Source: Mobula hypostoma
Lineage: Eukaryota
Assembly: GCF_963921235.1 (NCBI RefSeq)
Contig: NC_086108.1
Coordinates: 81,654,001-81,718,000, forward strand
Direction of reading: 5' to 3'
DNA length: 64,000 bases
Shown here: in pieces, positions 12,071-24,982 of the stretch
How positions within the stretch are numbered: position 1 is the first letter of the stretch
How the letters are laid out: every line of letters begins with the position of its first letter
Made by a program: the position numbers and the translations under genes
The notes under the pieces: generated by a model
The model's input: the letters and a program-made list of their open reading frames with translations, nothing else
Database searches by the model: none
What the model was told of the DNA's origin: nothing

Positions 12071-14714
12071 GTTGTGATGCCCACGATTGAATGGCAGAGC
12101 AGACTCGATGGGCTGAATAGCCTGATTCTGCTCCTATATCTTATGGTCTTAAGGTTTCACCTTATAGACAGTAATGGCACACAAACCTGCCACAGCTAAC
12201 GAGCATCTGATTCCGTCTTTGGTTCACGCTTACAATGACCTTGTAGGATTTTGGATTGCTAAACACTACAGGGCTTCTGGTTTGGAAATCAGAATCTGAT
12301 TAGATTTCATATTACTGGCATATATTGTGAAATTTGTTGTTTTGTGGTAGCAGTATGTTGCAATACATGATTTAAAAAACTAAATTACAATAAGGAATAT
12401 ATATATAGTACGTAGTGTAAAAAATGGAGATGGTGTTCATGGGTTCATTGACCATTCTGAAATCTGGCAGAAGAGGAGAAACTATTCCTAAAACGTTGAC
12501 TGTCTTGGTGGTAGCAATGAGAAGAAGCATGTCTTGGGTGATGGGAGTCCTTAATGATGGCTGCAGCCTTTTTGAGGCATCGCCATTTGAAGGTGTCCTC
12601 GATGATGGAGCTGGCTGAGATTACAACTTTCTGCAGCTTTTTCTGAGGCCGTGCAGTGGCATCTCCATACCAGACAGCGATGCAACCAATTACACTACTT
12701 TCCTCAGTACATCTGTAGAAATTTCGGAGTTTTGATGATATACCAAATTCCATCCAACACCTAATGATATATAGCCAATATTGTGCCTTATTTGTAATTG
12801 CATCAATATATTGGGCCAAGGATAGATCTTCAGAGATGTTAACACCCAGGAACTTGAAACTGCTCACCCTTTCCACTTCTGATCCCTCGATGAGGACTGG
12901 TGTGAGTTCTCTTGATTTACCCTTCCTGAAGTACACAACCAATTCCTTGGTTTTAAACCATAAGACCATAAGACATAGGAGCAGAATCAGGCCATTTAGC
13001 CCATCGAGTCTGTTCTGCCATTCCATCATGGCTGATCCGGGATCCCACCTAACCTCATACCTCTGCCTTCTCACCATATTCTTTGATGCCCTGACTGATC
13101 AGGAAATGATCAACTTCCACCTTAAATATACCCATGGACTTGGCCTCCACCAACAGTCTGTGGCAGAGCATTCCACAGATTCACTACTCTCTGGCTAAAC
13201 AAAAATCTTCCTTACCTCTGTTCTAAAGGGTCACTTTCAATTTTGAGGCTGTGCCCTCTAGTTCTGGATACCCTCACCATAGGAAACATCCTCTCCATGT
13301 CTACCCGATCTACTCCTTTCAACAATAAGTAGGTTTCAATGAGATCCCCCACCCCCACTTTCTTCTAAATTCCAGTGAGTACAGGCCCAAAGCTGCCAAA
13401 TGCTCCTCATATGTTAACCCCTTCATTCCTGTGAACCTCCTCTGGACTCTTTCCACAGACAACACATCCTTTCTGAGATATGGGGCCCAAAACTGTTGAC
13501 AATACTCCAAGTGTGGCCTGACTAGTATCTGATAAAACCTCAGCATTATCTCCTTGCTGTTATAATCTAATACCTTTGAAAGAAATGTCAACATTATATT
13601 TGCTGCCTTTATCACAGACTCAACCTGTAAGTTAACCTTCTGGGGGTCTTGCATAAGGGCTCCTAAGTCCCTCTGCACCTCTGATGTTTGAACCTTCTCC
13701 CCATTTAGATAATAGTCTGCACTATTGTTCATTTAACCAAAATGCATTATCATGCATTTCCCAACACTCTATTCCATCTGCCACTTTTTTGCCCATTCTT
13801 CCAAGTTGTCTGAGTCTTGATGCAATCGCATTGCTAACTCAGCGCTTCCTACCCCTCCAGCTAGCTTCGTATCATCCACAAACTTTGCCACAAAGCTACC
13901 AATTCCATTATTCAAATCAACAAAAAATAATGTGAAAAGCAGTAGTCCCAATACTGACCCCTGAGGAACACCACTAGTCACTGGCTGCCAACCAGAAAAT
14001 ACCCTCTTTATTCACACTCACTGCCATTCCACTGTCCGTGCCAGTATCTTTCCTGTAATGCCTAGGATATTATCTTGTTAAGTGGCCTCATATGTGGCAC
14101 CTTATTAAATGCCTTCTGAAAATCCAAGTAAATGACATTGACTGCCTCTTCTTTGTCCTCCATGCTTGTTACTCCCTTGTAAAACTCCAACAGATTTGTC
14201 AGGTGAGATTTCCCTCTACAGAAACCATGTTGACTTTGACTTATTATATCATTAGTCTGCAAGTACCCCAAAACCTCATCCCTAATAATAGACGCCAACA
14301 CTTTCCCAGCCACTGAGGTTAGGCTAACTGGCCTATAATTTCTTTTGCCTTTCTCCCTCCTTAAAGAATGGAGTGACATTTGCAATCTTCCAGTCCCCTG
14401 GAACCATGCCAGAATCAAGTGACTCTTGAAAGATCATAACCAATGCATCCGTTACCTCTTCATTAACCTCTCTCAGGTTTCTGGGATATAGTCCATCTGG
14501 TCCAGGTGACTTATCCACCTCAAGATCTTTGAGTTTGCCTAGCACTTTTTCCTTTGTAATACCAATGATGCTCACTCCTGCTCGCTGACACTTACAGACA
14601 TCTGGCACACTGCTCGTGTCTTCCACAGTGAAGAATGATGCAAAGTACCCATTAAGTTCTGCCATTTCTGTGTCCCCCATTAGTACCTCACCAACATCAT
14701 TTTCCAGTGGTCCA

Positions 14715-15095
14715 CAGGGGCGGCGCTAAGGTGGTGCTAGCTGGGGCTATAGCCCCAGCAGAAATTGCAATAGCACCACCATAGCACCACCAAGAAATTA
14801 ACTGCAGCTGCTTTGCTTTCTCTGTATAGTTTTGAACACAGCTTGTTTCTCCAGTTGATCTAGTGAAACAGCGCCCCCAATTACCATAGCACCCACGCAG
14901 CAATAAAGTTATAAACTCTGTCAGATCCACTCTACACTTCTGCTTATTCGTTTGTTGTCAATGTCTTGCCATTGCTGTCCTCAGATCAGTTCAGCTGATC
15001 TAAGATCACTTAAGGTGGTGATGTCACTCACTCTCACTCACTGGATTGATAGTATACATCCAGGCGCAGGTCCATGGTCTCACGAGACTAACGGA

Positions 15096-15145
<50 letters not shown>

Positions 15146-17063
15146 CTTTTACAAGCTACGTGGGCCTGGCACGTGCATTATTTTGGCCGGCATGAAAAAT
15201 GGATCGATTTTTAGTCAGAAAACAACCCCATCCAGAGGAATCAGTGGTGTCTCAGCCTGAGCCTGTCTTAATTGAAAGTGACATGCAGAAAGTAGTAAGT
15301 GGGGATGAGGACGACAGCAGTTCATCGAAGGAGTGTGAGGGTGAAGTAGAGGAACAAGAAATGGAGCAGGATTTGGAAGAGAACATGAAGCTGCTCGTAG
15401 TGTGAGTGGGAATACTGTTAGCAATGTTAGCCAGCAGCCTGAGGAAGGACCCTGTCAGCCAGCATTGGAAAAAGTACCCTTCGCAACAGTTTGGCAATCA
15501 GCAAAGGAGTTTTATTCGTGGCTGGTTTGACCTGTACTCCTGGCTGGAATATTCAATCACAAAAGATGCTACATTCTGCTTTGCATGCAGGCATTTCCTG
15601 TGTGGAGGACATGGGTTCCATTCTGAGTCTACCTTCACTGTCACCGGTTACCACAACTGGCGGAAAGCTACAACAGCTTTCAAAACCCACCGTGTAAGTG
15701 CAGCTCATAATTTTGCTGTGGAGGCACAGGCCGAATTCAGATTGAGAAAACAAGACGGTTCAAGATTGGGAAATATGCTTGATAAAGGACATGCAAAGAT
15801 TGTCCAAGAAAATCATGAGTATATGAGAGCAGTGGTTGAGTCTCTATGCTATACTGCGTGCCAAGGCATTGCCCAGCGAGGACACCGGGAGGATGATGGA
15901 TCTGGCAATAGGGGAAACTTTGTTGAGTTGCTCACTGTAATTCGGCAGTTTGATAAGACTGTAGCTAAAAAATAGAGGACAATCCTGGAAATGCAAAAAA
16001 CACCCATCACAATATCCAGAATGAAATTATGGGTATTATGGCAGATATGGTCAGATGTCAAATAAGTGCAGAAATCAAGGAGGCTGGACATTTTGCCATC
16101 ATGGTGGATGAAAGTAAAGACTTGAGTAAAAAGGAGCAAATATCAGTGGTGGTGCAGTATTTGAATAACGAAACAGAGCTTGAAGAATTCTTGCACTTCA
16201 CTCCAGCAGAAGGGTTGGACGCAGAGTCGCTTCTTAAGAGCATTGAACAGACACTCGCCCAGTGTGTTATTGATAAGAACGCGTGTATGGGTCAGTGTTA
16301 TGACGGGGCGGCAGTGATGTCCGGCTGCAATAACGGGGTACAAGAGAGGTTCAGGAAAGAGGTCCCGCAGGCATTATATATACACTGCCATGCTTACAGA
16401 CTTAACCTTGTTTTAGTGGATGTTGTGAGCAATGTACCACAAGCGGGTGAGTTTTTTGAAACTGTGCAGCTGCTTTACAACTTCTTTTCCAACTCTGTTG
16501 CCCACAATCTTTTCATGAAGAAACAGAGAACTGGAATCAATTACACAGCCCGTGGAGTTGAAGAAATTGTCAGATACATGCTGGGCATGGCAGTATACAG
16601 CTTTGTGGGCTATAAGGAAATCACTCCCTGCCATTCTAGCTACACTACAGGATATTATGGGTCAACCAAATGCACGGAGGAAAACAGAGGCCAGAGCTGT
16701 AAATGGACTGATTGACGAGCAGTTTGCTTTACTTCTCACTCTGCTTGAGGATTTATTCCGAGTCACCAAGTTCATGTCAGACCAGCTACAATCTCCCAGT
16801 TTGGAGCTTTCATCTGCTGTGGACTTGGCTCAGTCTGTTATTGATGCACTCTCAGCAAAACGGGGAGAGGAATCATGGAGTGAAATTCCGACAAGAGCTA
16901 GGGACCTGTGCATCAAGGCCAGTATACAGAGCAGACCACATGAAAGGAGACAGGCCCAGCCACCCCGCCGCCTACATGATTTTGTTGTTGAGGCCCAAAC
17001 TGAACGCACACCCGTCACATCCTCTGATGACTTTTGCAAGCACTGTTTCTCTCCAGTTATAGA
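14715..17063 (+). mobile_element. hAT (Tip100/ZMYM1-like) DNA transposon, 3'-truncated, frameshifted transposase
   Basis: Left TIR CAGGGGCGGCGC. TTF-type zinc finger (WLEYS..KDATFCFACRHF), FAIMVDESKD, GQCYDGAAVMSG and YIHCHAYRLNL motifs. No right TIR found. Confidence 0.88.
15097..15141. repeat. (CA)n microsatellite inside the hAT element
   Basis: About 22 CA units read directly. Confidence 0.95.
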
Positions 17064-18109
17064 CACTTCATTCCATTGCGATACTGATACATCTGACTTA
17101 TGTTTCTCCCTCTCAGATTGCAGTATGAATTCAATCATATTATGATCACTGGCTCCTAACGGTTTCTTTACCTTAAGCACCCTAATAGGATCTGGGTTAT
17201 TACACAGCACCTAATCTAAGATAGCCTTTCCCTGAGTAGTTTCAAACACAAGCTGCTCTAAAAAGCCATCTTGTAGGCATTCAACATTCCCTCTCTTGCA
17301 ATCCGACACCAACCTGATTTTTCCAATCCCCTTGCATATCGAAATCCCCCATTACAATTGTGTCATTACCCTTATTACATGCCTTTCCCAGCTCCCTTTG
17401 CAATCTCAACCCACAACTTGGCGACTACTTGGAGGACTATATATGAATCCCATAATTTTTTTTACCCTTGCAGTTTCTTAACTCCATCCGCAAAGATTCA
17501 ACATTCTCTGGCCCTATGTCACCTCTTTCTAATGATGTAATTCCATCTCATGCCAACAGAGCCACACCACCGCCCATGCCTTCCTTCCTGTCCTTTCAGT
17601 ACAAAGTATATCCTTTGATGTTAAGCTCCCAACTGTGGCCTTCTTTCAGCCACGACTCAGTGATGCCTACAATGTCATACCGACCAATCTGTATCACACC
17701 ACAAGTTCATCCACCTTATTCTGAGTGCTATGTGTATTTAAATACAGCATCTTCAGCCCTGCATTGTTCGCCCTTTTGAATTTTGCTTCTGTGGTACAAT
17801 TTAACTCTTTACTCTGTCTGCATTTATACTCAATCACTGGCATTTCCTTCCTTGCATTCATGTTACACCCATCATCTATTTGTAAACCTGCTGGCTCATC
17901 CTCAGCTCTATCATACTGGTTCCCATCCCCCTGCCTTATTAGTTTAAACCACTACTAACAGCTCTAGCAAACCTGCCGCGAAAATATTGGTCCCCCTCGA
18001 TTCAAGTATAACCTGTCTCCTTTCTACAGGTTTCAGATGCCCCAGAAGAGGTCCCAATTATCCAGAAAACTGAATCCCTGCCCCTGCAGCCACCTTATTC
18101 TATTCCTAT

Positions 18110-18958
18110 TGTTACATACCCCGTAACTGGGTTGCCAAACCAGCAGAAATGGATCACTCAGTTGGAGTCTGGATTACTAGAACTAAGAAAGTTTTATTAA
18201 AGAAACAAGCAACACAGTACTCTAATCAAAAGGATAATAAATGCAACAGTTCAGCAATGATAAACATACATGTACACAGAATTCAGATAACAGGATCAAT
18301 CAAGCTCTATCGTTGTCTAGGGGTAAATGACCAGTTTCAAAGTGACGCAAAGTTCAGTCCAATTTAGTTCAGTTCAGTTCGCAGTAATCGCTGCCGTGGG
18401 AGATGGACAGTGGGGGGAAGGAGAGAGAGAGCAAAACGAATGAATATTCAAGGCTTCCACACAGACCTTCGCAGTCAGCTTTCGGGCGAGTCCTTTGTGA
18501 TGTCATCCGAGGTCACCGACCGTGACCCCTCCGTTTCCAGATACGATCGTTTCCCTGTGGTGAACCTGGCACCCAGGCAAGGGTGGACACACACCAGGTT
18601 TCCGCCGATCGTGCCTTTCCACCCTGTGCGTCTATGGCCCGATACTTCCCACCGACTTGTGAGAGACGCACCGCTTCCAGGGTCTTGTTACCTCGGGTGT
18701 CGGGTGTGTCCTGCCTTAGCGAACCTGTCCCTTTTTATCCCCCTGCTGGGGTATCGCCTGTCCATCACTTCAAACAGTTCAGGCTTCAAAGGGGGAGCCG
18801 ATCTTGACAGCTCTCCTTCCTTCATTAACATCTCCAAATGCTGCTCCATTGTTTTCCTTATCTCTCTCTCTCCTGAAGACAGGTGGCAGACCAACTGCCG
18901 ATCCCACCGGTGCCAGCACAGGACAGCTACATCTTAATCTATGTGTATTCTTGTCACA
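18110..18958 (-). mobile_element. Solo LTR (probably Gypsy, 849 bp) with 4-bp TSD CTAT
   Basis: TGTTAC...GTCACA termini, TSD at 18106-18109 and 18959-18962. Reverse-complement homolog of 24983-25793. Confidence 0.88.
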
Positions 18959-20886
18959 CTATCCTCACTGTCATGTGGCACAGTCAACAATCCCAAGATT
19001 ACTACCCTTGAAGACCTGCGTCTCGCCTTCCTTCCTAACTCCCTGTATTCTTTTTTCAGGACCTCCTCCCTTTTTCTACCTATGTTCTTGGTACCATTAT
19101 GTCCCACGACTTCTGGCTGCTCACCCTCCCTTTTCAGGATATTGTGGACGTGCTCAGAAACATTACAGACCCTGGCACCTGAGAGGCAAACTACCATCCG
19201 TGTTTCCTTTTTGCATCCACAGAGTCACCTATCTGACCCCCTGACTACAGAGTCCCCTGTCACTGCTGCCATCCTCTTCACTTCCCTACCTTTCAGAGCC
19301 ACAGGGACAGCCTCAGTGCCAGTGACTCGGCTGTTGTTGCTTCCCCCAGGTAAGTCGTGCCCCCTAGCGGTATTCAAAATGGAGGACTTATTGTTGATGG
19401 GGATGGCCACAGGGGAGTTGTCCACAATCTGACGTTCTCCCTTCCCTCTCCTGACAGTCACCCATTTACCTGTCTCCTGTAGCCTTGGGGTGACTACCTC
19501 CCTGTAGCTCCACAATGTTCTACTGATATTGAGTACAAGACCACCCAACCAGCTGATCTATCTCACTCCAGAATGAGTTTTCATCACCATCTGAAATTCA
19601 GCTGACAATGGTTGTGTCATTGGCATATTTATAAATGCCATTTGAGCTGTGCCTAGCCACACAGTTGTGGGTGTAGAAAGAGTACATCAGTGGGCTAAGC
19701 ATGCATCCTTGAGTTATTGAGTGTTAGCAAGAAGGAAAAGATCCACATTAACTGTGGTCTCTGGGTGAGAAAGTCAATGATCGAGTTGCAAGACTCAGTA
19801 TGTTTTTGAAAGCCCACAGTCATGCACATAGGTGAAGTCAGTGACAGCTCAGGCAAGTTAGTTTCCTGAATATGGCCCTGGTTACCAATTCAAAGCAGTC
19901 CTATAAATGCTCCTCTGTCTCGATTGACCATACCTTCTCCACCCTCAACACGGGGCCTGCAGTCCTAAGTCTCTGCCTATATGATGAGAGTAGAACCACA
20001 TTCAGATGATTGGACTTGCCTAACTGCAGGCTTGAGATGGCAACGTAAGCATTCTTGATGTTGTGTAACATTGATCGGGTACCTCTGATTCTGACTCTGG
20101 CTCCTGTGGTTTAGCTGGTGACGTGTTGATGGCAGTTGGTCAGGAACTTCTCCAAGCTACCCTGGTTGAAGCTCCTGAGATTACCTGGAAGGTATCATGG
20201 TGCTCAGTTTCTCCAGCATATTCAGCCCATCAAATCCATACCAGTTCTTTGTAAGTGTAATTCAGTTGGTTTCAGTCAATTCCATGCCCAGCAAGTTATT
20301 CAAATTTTAGGCACATATTTGGGTCCCTTTTGAACAATGCAATCAAATCTTCCTCCACTTGCTACCTCCGACAGTGTATTCTGGACACTAACCACCTGCT
20401 ACATGAAGATGATCCTCCTTGAATCACTTTGGTTGAGTATTTTGAGGGCACATTGTTCGTCCCCTCCCATTGATCATCTTGTATTGTTCTTAGTGGCATC
20501 ACACAAATACTTTGCTCCATGTGACACCAAGTCTGCTTCACCAATATACCTTTTCTGCAAATAGTTCAATAAGATGGTTAAATGACATCCAAAATTAGAG
20601 GAGCCGAAATTTGCTCTCTTAAAATATTACAGTAACTTTTGAACTATGAATATTCCTGACTAGGCCCAATGAAGCATCTCAGATATCCTAGGTCTCATTA
20701 CAGTAGAATGGAACCTGCCTTACTTTCTCTGACTGATAGAGATTGTGAAGGAAATGAATCAGAGGTAAGATCTCAAGGTGGAGGGCAGCTGAAAATTTAT
20801 TAATTGGGTCTGGTGCTTGGCAAATATTGGACAGATGCATGAAACAGCTTGAGGAGATCAGTAATGAAAGGCCCGCTGCACTAATC

Positions 20887-21482
20887 CAGACATCCCACCC
20901 TGCAAAAACTCATTTCAGGGAGGTAGCACCATCAATTTGCGGGAGACTTCCGGGAGAGGTGGGATGTTTGCAATAGAGTAGCCCTTAGCAGCCAGCCAGC
21001 TAGTTTAAATAGCGTTCGCTATGCCAATGAATGAATGACACCTGTTAAACTCACCTCAACATGTCTTTTACAGTTTTAACCCACCATGGGCAATAGAAAA
21101 GTCACTGTTGCAAACAGTGCAGCGAGCAACACTGTCATTATTTTTGACCCCTATTAGGCAGGGGTACACTTTAGTGTAGTTTGGGGTGACGTACGTTTTA
21201 TATTTTCTTTTTTTGGAACACTGCCCTGGAGTGCTCTCTCTCTCTCTCTCTCTCTCGTGGTTGTTCTTGCTTGCTTGCGCTCTCTCTCGCTCGCGCGCTC
21301 TCGCTTCCTTTCTCGCTCTCTCTCGTGGTCGCTCTCGCGCTTTCTCTTTTGCTTTCTCTCACTCTCTCTCTTGCTCTCAAAAAAATTGATTTCCGTGATA
21401 TTGTATGTAATTTGCGGGCATCAAGGAGCCACTATTCATATGCGGGAGACTCCCGGAAGTTCCGGGAGAGGTGGGATGTCTG
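20887..21482. mobile_element. Non-autonomous TIR element (MITE), 13-bp TIR, 6-bp TSD CTAATC
   Basis: CAGACATCCCACC...GGTGGGATGTCTG with flanking ctaatc on both sides. Internal CT-rich microsatellite. Confidence 0.75.
21233..21378. repeat. (CT)n and degenerate CT/CG microsatellite
   Basis: Read directly. Explains the low-complexity ORFs at 21186-21562. Confidence 0.9.
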
Positions 21483-22253
21483 CTAATCTCTACACTCATT
21501 ACTGGTTTAGCATATCTCAAACACCATATATAAATTTGCAGATGACGCCACTGTTAGCATAGCCTCAGATGGTGACAAGGCAGCTTGTAGGAGTGAGATG
21601 GATCATCTGGTTGAGTGATGTCGCAAAAACAACCTCGCACTCAAGATTCGCAAGATGAGGATTTTGATTGTGGACCACAAAACGGAAGTTGGGAAACCAT
21701 GAACCAGTCTCCATTGTGGGGTTAGTTGTGGAAAGGGTAAGCAGCTTTAAGCTGTTGGGTGTCAACACCTCGAAGGATCAATACTGGGCGTAACACATTG
21801 ATGCAATCATGAAGAAAGCACACCAGCAGCACTACTTCATTGGGAGTTTGAAGGAGTGTGGAATGTTACCAAGGACTCTTCCAGATTTCTATAGATGTAT
21901 GGCGAATATCATTATGGCTGTTGCAGCAGAGTCAGGTAAGGCCCGTCGCCATCTGAGACAGGTCTCCTCCTCATTACTACCATCAGGGACCTGCAGACCC
22001 ACACTCAACAATTTAGTGACATTTTTCTCCCCTCTGCCATCAGATTTCTGAATTGTCCAGGAACCCTCTTCTTACCTTTTTTTTCACTGCTTATTTATTT
22101 TGTTATTTATCGTCATTTATGTCTTTGCATTTTATTGCTGCTGCTAAACAACAGATTTCATGTCATATACAGTGTAGTTTGATCCTGAGAAGGTGCTGGC
22201 TGTGGTCCTCTGTAATTATGATTATGTTAAAGAATGTCCTAACCAGGAGGAAT

Positions 22254-22281
22254 ATGTACACACAGCAATACATAATGCAAG
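22254..22281 (+). CDS. TEX38: TEX38-like protein, putative coding exon 1
   Basis: ATG with -3 A; MYTQQYIMQ + G|gtgctt phase-1 donor (weak) joins the next exon in frame. In-frame ATGs at 22218 and 22224 are alternative starts. Confidence 0.45.
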
Positions 22282-22938
22282 GTGCTTGAAGTTTGGCATG
22301 TTTGCAATGGCCAGAATCTGTGCTGTATTACTGTATGACCACAGTCTTGTTTCACATTCCTGCTGTGACTCTAACCCCTAGTCTTTGACATCATACCTTT
22401 CCCTACTCAGAAAGCAGGCTTACTTAATATTGATGCTCTAACTTGTACCATTTTTGCCATCAATTCAAATTATAGATGAGGCTACACAATTAACATTCAG
22501 GAATGCATTACACGAGGAGTTGGACTGGAGCCTGGAGGAGTATTAAGGCAACACTACTAGGCTCAAGGACAGCTTGTATGCCACTCTTATAGGACTACTG
22601 AGCAGTTCTCTTGCATGATAAAATGGACTGTTGATCTTGCAGTCTACTTTGTCATAGACTTGCACCTTATGGTCTGTCTGCACTGAAGTTTCTCTGTAAC
22701 TGTAACATTTTAATCTGCATTCTGTTACTGTGTCTTTCCAATGAACTAGCACAATGTACTGAAGTGATAAACTGATTTATATAGATGGCAATGCAAAACA
22801 GTTTTTTTCCATTGTTCCTCAGTACATATAACAATAATAAGTTAATTTACCAAATTTATCATATTGAAACCAGTTGTATATGGCATTTAAGCCAAAAATG
22901 GCAATATTTTATTTAACACCCTTCTGTTTTATTTTCAG

Positions 22939-23435
22939 ACTGGGTTTCATCCTTTTTCATCATTTTTGGAGCATGCATGATCTTGGCATCTATTACCTGT
23001 TATCTGTTTCACTTGAGGAAGAATAGAAATCAAAAAAAGGAGATAACAGATTGGGTGAATTCCATGAAACACAGCAGAGTGGTGTACCACCCATTATTAC
23101 ACTGGATTCAGAATAACAGTGATTTATCCATTAAAACAAAAGTATATTCCTCAGATAATGAACGATGCAAGAAACAGAAGATTTGGAAAGCTCAGAATGC
23201 ATTACCATCAAAGTACAAGAAGAAATCAAGGAACCCAGGTGCCCCAGGTGCATCTAGTCATAGAGCAGGTTACTTTCATAATCCGCAGATTGGAAATAAA
23301 TGTTTCCCAAAGTCACCAGCGGATGTTGCTCCAGGTGAAGCCAGATGGATGCATAGTCAACCTAAAAAGCCAAGTACTTTTCTTTTTCCAAAGGTGCAAA
23401 ACCCCTCAAAGTCTTGCCAACCTCTTCTTCTCTAG
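22939..23435 (+). CDS. TEX38: TEX38-like single-pass membrane protein, terminal coding exon
   Basis: Strong acceptor cttctgttttattttcag. WVSSFFIIFGACMILASITCYLFHLRKN...WVNSM...YHPLLHWI aligns without gaps to the recalled human TEX38 N-terminus. TM helix followed by a basic stop-transfer stretch. AATAAA at 23624 and 23853. Confidence 0.8.
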
Positions 23436-24982
23436 ATTAATCATTTGCTAATATTCACAAGTTTAAGAGTGAACTTGATAAAAGGTACCTGACACAGTGG
23501 TGTCAAAGAAGAAATAACAGAATCATTAGTTTCACCAGCAAACCAGAAGCATTAGCGGATTCTGCTTGACTTTCTTATTCAAACTTAGAAAAGCATGAGA
23601 TTTTAATCATCCACCAGGAACATAATAAAAGAGTTTATTCAAGATGAACAACTCAGAAATTGTGTTTATTCAATCCTGAACCCTGTTTCCTTTTATGGTT
23701 TTATCTATTCAAGGTTCCACATTGGATTTATACTCAAGTATTCAAAGTGCATGTTACAATACTCCAAGAATCTCTGATCCATTCCAAGATTCCATGAAGC
23801 ATTGATCTCTTATGCCCTTATCTAACCAAGGTGCTACTTCCTGATTTTATTTAATAAACCAGTAATAGCTGTATCTTGAATTGAACAAAAAGAATAGTCC
23901 TTATTGGAAGTGTTTTTTCTGACTTTTGGAAAATATCTTTGTATATTTTACTGAAGAGTTGATGATAAACCAATGAACATATTTTAAAACTGCAATTTAA
24001 AATGCATACCTTTTGCATAAATAATGATTCAAATCCTATTCAACGAAAGATGTGTGAAACATAAACATATTTTGGTTCTAATATAGTAGTTGCATTTAGA
24101 AGCTTCTCACTGCTACCTAATTTGTTTTCTCCATTATTCATGCCTATTCTAGGTCTGTTATTGCAGATATAGATCATTTGGAAATTTGGGCGGAGAAGTG
24201 GCAAATGGGATTTAATCCTGATAAATATGACACCAAATGCAAGAGGAAAGTATACAATAAATGACAAGACCCTTGGAAGCATTGATGTATAGAGGTCTCT
24301 TTGCCTAGCCATAGCTTCTGAAAGTGGCAACACCAGTGGATAGGACAGTAAAGGTGGCATACCGCATGCTTGCTTTTGGTTGGGCCATTGAATATAAAAG
24401 TTAGGAAGTCACGTTGTCTTGTATAAAATTTCATTGAGGCCACATTTGGAGTATTGTGTTCTGCTCTTGTCACCACACTATATGAAGGATTTGGAAAGGG
24501 TGCAGTTGATGCTCATGGAGGACATTGCCTGGATTGAAGGATATTTGTTTTAAGAGAGGTTGTACAAACTCAGGCATGTTAATGTAAACACTTTAACATA
24601 AACTTACGTTTGTGTTTGCCACTACAAAAAGCTAATTTTTGTAGCATTATTCCCTGTATAGTTATAGGCAACTATAAACATGAACTTGAAGACTGTTTTC
24701 CCTGTAGTATTGGAGGCTGAGGCGGTGGGGGGGGGGGGTTACACGATGTAAGTGTATAAAATTACAAAAGGCATAGATGGGGTAGGTACAGTCTTTATCC
24801 CAGGTTAGGAATGCCCAATGATAAGGTGAGTTGGGGAATGGCTCAAGGAAATTTGTGAGGCAAAATTCCTTGCTTTAAATAAATGTCCAGAATATGTTAC
24901 CAGCAGAGATGGTAGAAGCAGACAATGATGGCAAAGTTAAGAGGCATATAAACAGAGACATGAACAGGCAAGGAATACAGGG

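Larger units (their letters stand above)
12955..19512 (-). mobile_element. Near full-length degenerate CR1 LINE, interrupted by a hAT and a solo LTR
   Basis: ORF1 esterase-like GDSVVRG and VVCLSGARV motifs (18934-19548). ORF2 RT motifs KSPGPDGL, NYRPVSLTS, YLDFQKAF, SGVPQGSVLG, FVDDTK and RPHLEYC. 3' (TCTTATGG)n tail at ~12957. Confidence 0.88.
12290..19790 (-). mobile_element. Outer L2/Rex-like LINE 3' fragment split by the CR1 insertion
   Basis: KTKELVVYFRK...VERVSSFKFLGVNISEDL (12445-12950). The continuation resumes at ~19515. Confidence 0.6.

Noticed and set aside
22193-22381. Alternative frame VLAVVLCNYDYVKECPNQEEY as the upstream exon of the membrane protein
   Set aside because: Its phase at the available donor does not join the 22939 exon in frame, whereas the MYTQQ frame does.
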